Assembly (NCBI GenBank): GCA_017438525.1
Contig: JAFRVI010000022.1
Location: forward strand, 1-53,667
Length of the DNA stretch: 53,667 nucleotides
DNA from: Clostridia bacterium
Lineage (GTDB): Bacteria > Bacillota > Clostridia > Oscillospirales > RGIG8002
Direction of reading: 5' to 3'
The position numbers and the translations under genes were made by a program. Shown one piece after another: positions 50,626 through 53,667 of the stretch (position 1 is its first letter; every line of letters starts with the position of its first letter). The notes under the pieces are model-generated. The model did no database searches. It worked only from the letters and a program-made list of their open reading frames with translations, and was not told where the DNA came from.

Positions 50626-51983
50626 TCGTCTTCTCCCTTTCCGTCGATAAGCTCACGCGCCTGCGCGAGCGTTATCCTTTTATCGCAGATGATCTGCGAG
50701 AGCAGATTGCCGGCGGCGGTCGCCTCGACGGGCCCCGCCTTCACCGGCAGTCCGGTGTATTTTTCGGTCAGTTCGTTAAGGTAAACGTCGCGGCTGCCGC
50801 CGCCGACGACGCGTATCGCGCGCGGCTTGACGCCGGTTATCGCGGCTATTTCCGAAACCGCCTCGGCGTATGACTCCGCAAGAGAATGATACACCGTATT
50901 CAGCGCGCGGTCAAGTCCCATTTGCGGCTCGCCGGTGAAAGCGCGCACCGCCTCGAGCATATTCGCGGGCGCGAGGAACGCGGCGTCCGTCACGTCGATG
51001 CGGGCGTGTCCGCCGCAGGCGCGGGCGGCCTCCATCATTTCGTCGTAGGTCATCGATTCGCCGATATCGCGGCGGATGCACTGGAAAAGCCACATACCCA
51101 TGTAGTTTTTCAAAAAGCGGAAACGGCGCCCGACCCCGCCCTCGTTGGTGAAGTTCGCGCTCCGCGCCGCTTCGGTCAGGATCGGCGAAGGCGTTTCCAC
51201 GCCGATGAGCGACCACGTTCCCGACGAGATATAGACGTCGCCCTCCCCGAGAGGACACGCCGCTACCGCGGAGGCGGTGTCGTGACTCGGCGCGGCGGCG
51301 ACTTCGCAGTCGAAGCCGACCGCGTCGGCGATTTCCGGCGAGAGCCGACCGATAAGCGCGCACGGCTCGGCAAGCGGGCCGAAAAGCCGCTTCGGGAGGC
51401 CGAGCTTTTCGATAAGCTCCGCGTCCCATTCGCCGCTTTGCGCGCTGACGAGCCCGGTCGTCGTCGCGTCGGTGTATTCGTTTTTCATCACGCCGGTCAG
51501 GCGGCAGGTTATATACGCAGGCAGCATCAGCATACGCTCCGCGCGATCGAGACGGCCGGCGAGCTTGTCGGCGTAAAGCCGGTATATCGTGTTGAACGGC
51601 TGCTTCTGTATGCCGGTATGCGCGTAGAGTTCCTCCGGCGGCGTTATCGCTTCGACCGCGGGAACGGCTGCCGCCGTTCCACCGTCGCGGTAGGCGTAAA
51701 CGGGCGCGATGAGCGCGTTATCCTTATCGAGCAGCGCGTAGTCCACTCCCCAGGTGTCGACGGCGACGCTCTTCGGCTTCACACCGAGCGCGGCGCAGCG
51801 CTTCATACCCTCGACGACCTCGGAAACGAGCTTTTCGACGTTCCACACGAGGCGATCTCCGGCCCGCTCCATTCCGTTGTTGAAGCGGTAGACCTCGCGC
51901 AGCTTCAGCCGCCCGCCCTCGACGGAGCCGAGGACGTGCCTGCCGGACGAAGCGCCGATATCGACTGCGAGATAATACTCCAT
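50622..51983 (-). CDS. rhaB: Rhamnulokinase (FGGY family)
   Basis: YLAVDIGASSGRHVLG N-terminal phosphate loop, an FGGY C-domain (GGGSRDVYLNELT), and operon context rhaB-rhaA-rhaD with 4-nt overlaps. Confidence 0.9.
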   Translation of the reverse strand: MEYYLAVDIGASSGRHVLGSVEGGRLKLREVYRFNNGMERAGDRLVWNVEKLVSEVVEGMKRCAALGVKPKSVAVDTWGVDYALLDKDNALIAPVYAYRDGGTAAAVPAVEAITPPEELYAHTGIQKQPFNTIYRLYADKLAGRLDRAERMLMLPAYITCRLTGVMKNEYTDATTTGLVSAQSGEWDAELIEKLGLPKRLFGPLAEPCALIGRLSPEIADAVGFDCEVAAAPSHDTASAVAACPLGEGDVYISSGTWSLIGVETPSPILTEAARSANFTNEGGVGRRFRFLKNYMGMWLFQCIRRDIGESMTYDEMMEAARACGGHARIDVTDAAFLAPANMLEAVRAFTGEPQMGLDRALNTVYHSLAESYAEAVSEIAAITGVKPRAIRVVGGGSRDVYLNELTEKYTGLPVKAGPVEATAAGNLLSQIICDKRITLAQARELIDGKGEDE

Positions 51984-52040
51984 AATACCTCCGGATATGA
52001 CGATCGGGACGGACCGAAACGGGCCGTCCCGCGTTTGCTT

Positions 52041-53177
52041 TTATTTGAAGATATCCTTGAACTTGCTCTTGAAGGCGCCGCGCTCGGGATGGTTCTCCTC
52101 CCCGATGCCTTCCGCCATCTGACGGACAAGCTCCTTCTGCTTTCTGCTCAGATTCTTCGGCACGACTACCTTGATATGCACGTATTCGTCGCCGTTCGCG
52201 CCGACTGAGCCGCGCTTGCGGACGCCTTTGTTGCGAAGGCGGAACACGTCGCCGTTCTGCGTCCCCTCGGGTATCGAATACTTGACCTTTCCGTCCGGGA
52301 CGGGGACGGTCAGCTCCGCGCCGAGCGCCGCCTGCGCGAAGGTCACGGGGACCTCGATATGCAGGTCGTAGCCGTCGCGTTTGAAGACCGGATGCGGCTT
52401 GACTCTGATAATGATGTTCAGGTCGCCGCTGCCGCCGCCGTTCGCGCCGGCGTCGCCTTCGCCCGAAAGGGTGATGACCTGGCCGTCGTCGATGCCGGCG
52501 GGCACCTTGAAGGTTATCTTGCGCTGACGGCGCACCTTGCCCTTGCCGCCGCAGGTCTTGCAGGGAGTCTTGATGATCTTGCCCGTGCCGCGGCACGCGT
52601 CGCAGGCGGTCTGCACCTGCGTCATGCCGAAGACGCTGCGCTGCTGGCGGATCACACGGCCGGTGCCGTGGCAGACGGAGCAGGTCTCCGCCTGCGTTCC
52701 CGCCGCCGCGCCGCTGCCCTTGCAGTCGCCGCAGGACTCGACTCTGCCGATCTCAACGGTCTTTTCGCAGCCGAAGATGGCTTCCTCGAAGGTAAGCGTA
52801 ATCGCGGCTTCAACGTCGCGTCCGCGCACGGGGCCGTTCCTTCTGCCGCCGCCGAAGCCGCCGCCGAAGAACGAGCCGAACAAGTCGGACAGGTCGAAGT
52901 CGGCGAAGCCGCCTCCGCCGAAGCCGCCACCGCCCGCACCGAAGTTGGGGTCGACGCCGGCGTGACCGAATTGATCGTATTTGGCTTTTTTGTCCGGGTC
53001 GGACAGGACCGAATATGCCTCGTTCACTTCCTTGAACTTGGCTTCGGCGTCCTTGTCGCCCGGATTGAGGTCGGGATGGTACTTCTTCGCCAGCTTGCGG
53101 TAGGCGTGCTTTATCTCCTCTTCGCCGGCGGTTTTGTCTACGCCCAGGACCTCATAGTAATCTCTTTTGTCAGCCAC
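52041..53177 (-). CDS. dnaJ: Molecular chaperone DnaJ
   Basis: J-domain with HPD (YHPDLNPGD), a G/F-rich region, and four CxxCxGxG zinc-finger repeats. Confidence 0.95.
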   Translation of the reverse strand: MADKRDYYEVLGVDKTAGEEEIKHAYRKLAKKYHPDLNPGDKDAEAKFKEVNEAYSVLSDPDKKAKYDQFGHAGVDPNFGAGGGGFGGGGFADFDLSDLFGSFFGGGFGGGRRNGPVRGRDVEAAITLTFEEAIFGCEKTVEIGRVESCGDCKGSGAAAGTQAETCSVCHGTGRVIRQQRSVFGMTQVQTACDACRGTGKIIKTPCKTCGGKGKVRRQRKITFKVPAGIDDGQVITLSGEGDAGANGGGSGDLNIIIRVKPHPVFKRDGYDLHIEVPVTFAQAALGAELTVPVPDGKVKYSIPEGTQNGDVFRLRNKGVRKRGSVGANGDEYVHIKVVVPKNLSRKQKELVRQMAEGIGEENHPERGAFKSKFKDIFK

Positions 53178-53210
53178 GGCAATCTTCCGTTCGTGTTAGT
53201 TTAGTCGCAA

Positions 53211-53667
53211 TTACTCGACGTCTTTGTAGTCGGCGTCGGTGAAGTTGTTGTCGCCGCCCTGCGGACCTTCGCCGCCTTCCGCGCCGCCGTTCTGCTGCTG
53301 CTCGGCCTGCGCCTTCGCGGCCTCTTCCTTGTAGATACGCTCGGCGACCTTGTAGAACTCCTTCTGGAGCGCCTCCTCCGCCGCCTTGATGGCGTCGTTG
53401 TCGGTGCCCTTCAGGGCTTCGCGGGTCTTCTCGAGCTCGGCGGTGACGGCCTTCTTCTCGTCCTCGGTGACCTTGTCGCCGAAGTCGTTAAGCGACTTCT
53501 CGATCTGGTAGACCGACTGGTCGGCGCTGTTGCGCGTTTCGGCGGCCTCCTTGTTCTTCTTATCCTCTTCGGCGAACTTCTCGGCCTCCTGAACCGCCTT
53601 CTCGATGTCGTCCTTGCTCATATTGCTGGAGGCGGTGATGGTGATCTTCTGTTCCTTGCCGGTGCCC
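53211..53667 (-). CDS. dnaK: Molecular chaperone DnaK, C-terminal part (5' end beyond the window)
   Basis: GTGKEQKITITASSNMSKDDIEKAVQEAEKFAEEDKK... is the C-terminal lid region. The frame stays open to the right edge. Confidence 0.9.
   Translation of the reverse strand, partial: GTGKEQKITITASSNMSKDDIEKAVQEAEKFAEEDKKNKEAAETRNSADQSVYQIEKSLNDFGDKVTEDEKKAVTAELEKTREALKGTDNDAIKAAEEALQKEFYKVAERIYKEEAAKAQAEQQQNGGAEGGEGPQGGDNNFTDADYKDVE

Noticed and set aside
50886-53204. Plus-strand ORFs of 440 aa (50886-52208) and 281 aa (52359-53204).
   Set aside because: They are antisense to rhaB and dnaJ respectively, and both are shadow ORFs.

Overview
This is a high-GC chromosomal segment that looks like a Clostridia-class Firmicute. 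By eye it is roughly 60-65% G+C; I did not compute this. The taxonomic guess rests on a Spo0A-type regulator, a CotF-like coat protein, the conserved SRP RNA-dnaX-ybaB-recR order, and secreted proteins carrying dockerin repeats. Most of the window is housekeeping: birA, leuA plus a citramalate-synthase paralogue, tmRNA, two divergent tRNAs, pepT, an Mrp/NBP35 ATPase, adhE, ilvE, dnaX-ybaB-recR-smpB, a homocysteine-methyltransferase/MTHFR fusion with a stand-alone pterin-binding protein, rhaBAD, and dnaJ/dnaK. I found no CRISPR array, integrase, transposase, prophage or recognisable defence system.

The signals not explained by ordinary annotation are:
1. Two intergenic arrays (2703-2954 and 9108-9290). 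In each, a short AT-rich core (ATATCG, or ATGAAG/CTAATGAAG) recurs about every 21-25 bp and flips orientation at the midpoint. The cores are separated by different GC-rich mini-palindromes.
2. An AT-rich two-gene islet just downstream of tmRNA. It is bounded by an inverted copy of the tmRNA 3' end plus its terminator hairpin.
3. A Spo0A homologue whose receiver domain appears to lack the phospho-acceptor Asp and the conserved Lys.
4. A tandem pair of GH16 plus WD40 beta-propeller proteins. One is a lipoprotein and the other has no signal peptide. They sit next to a dockerin-bearing protein.
5. A ThyX-fold protein without the RHRxxS motif.

Many long ORFs in the six-frame track run antisense to real genes. 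I treat them as high-GC artefacts.
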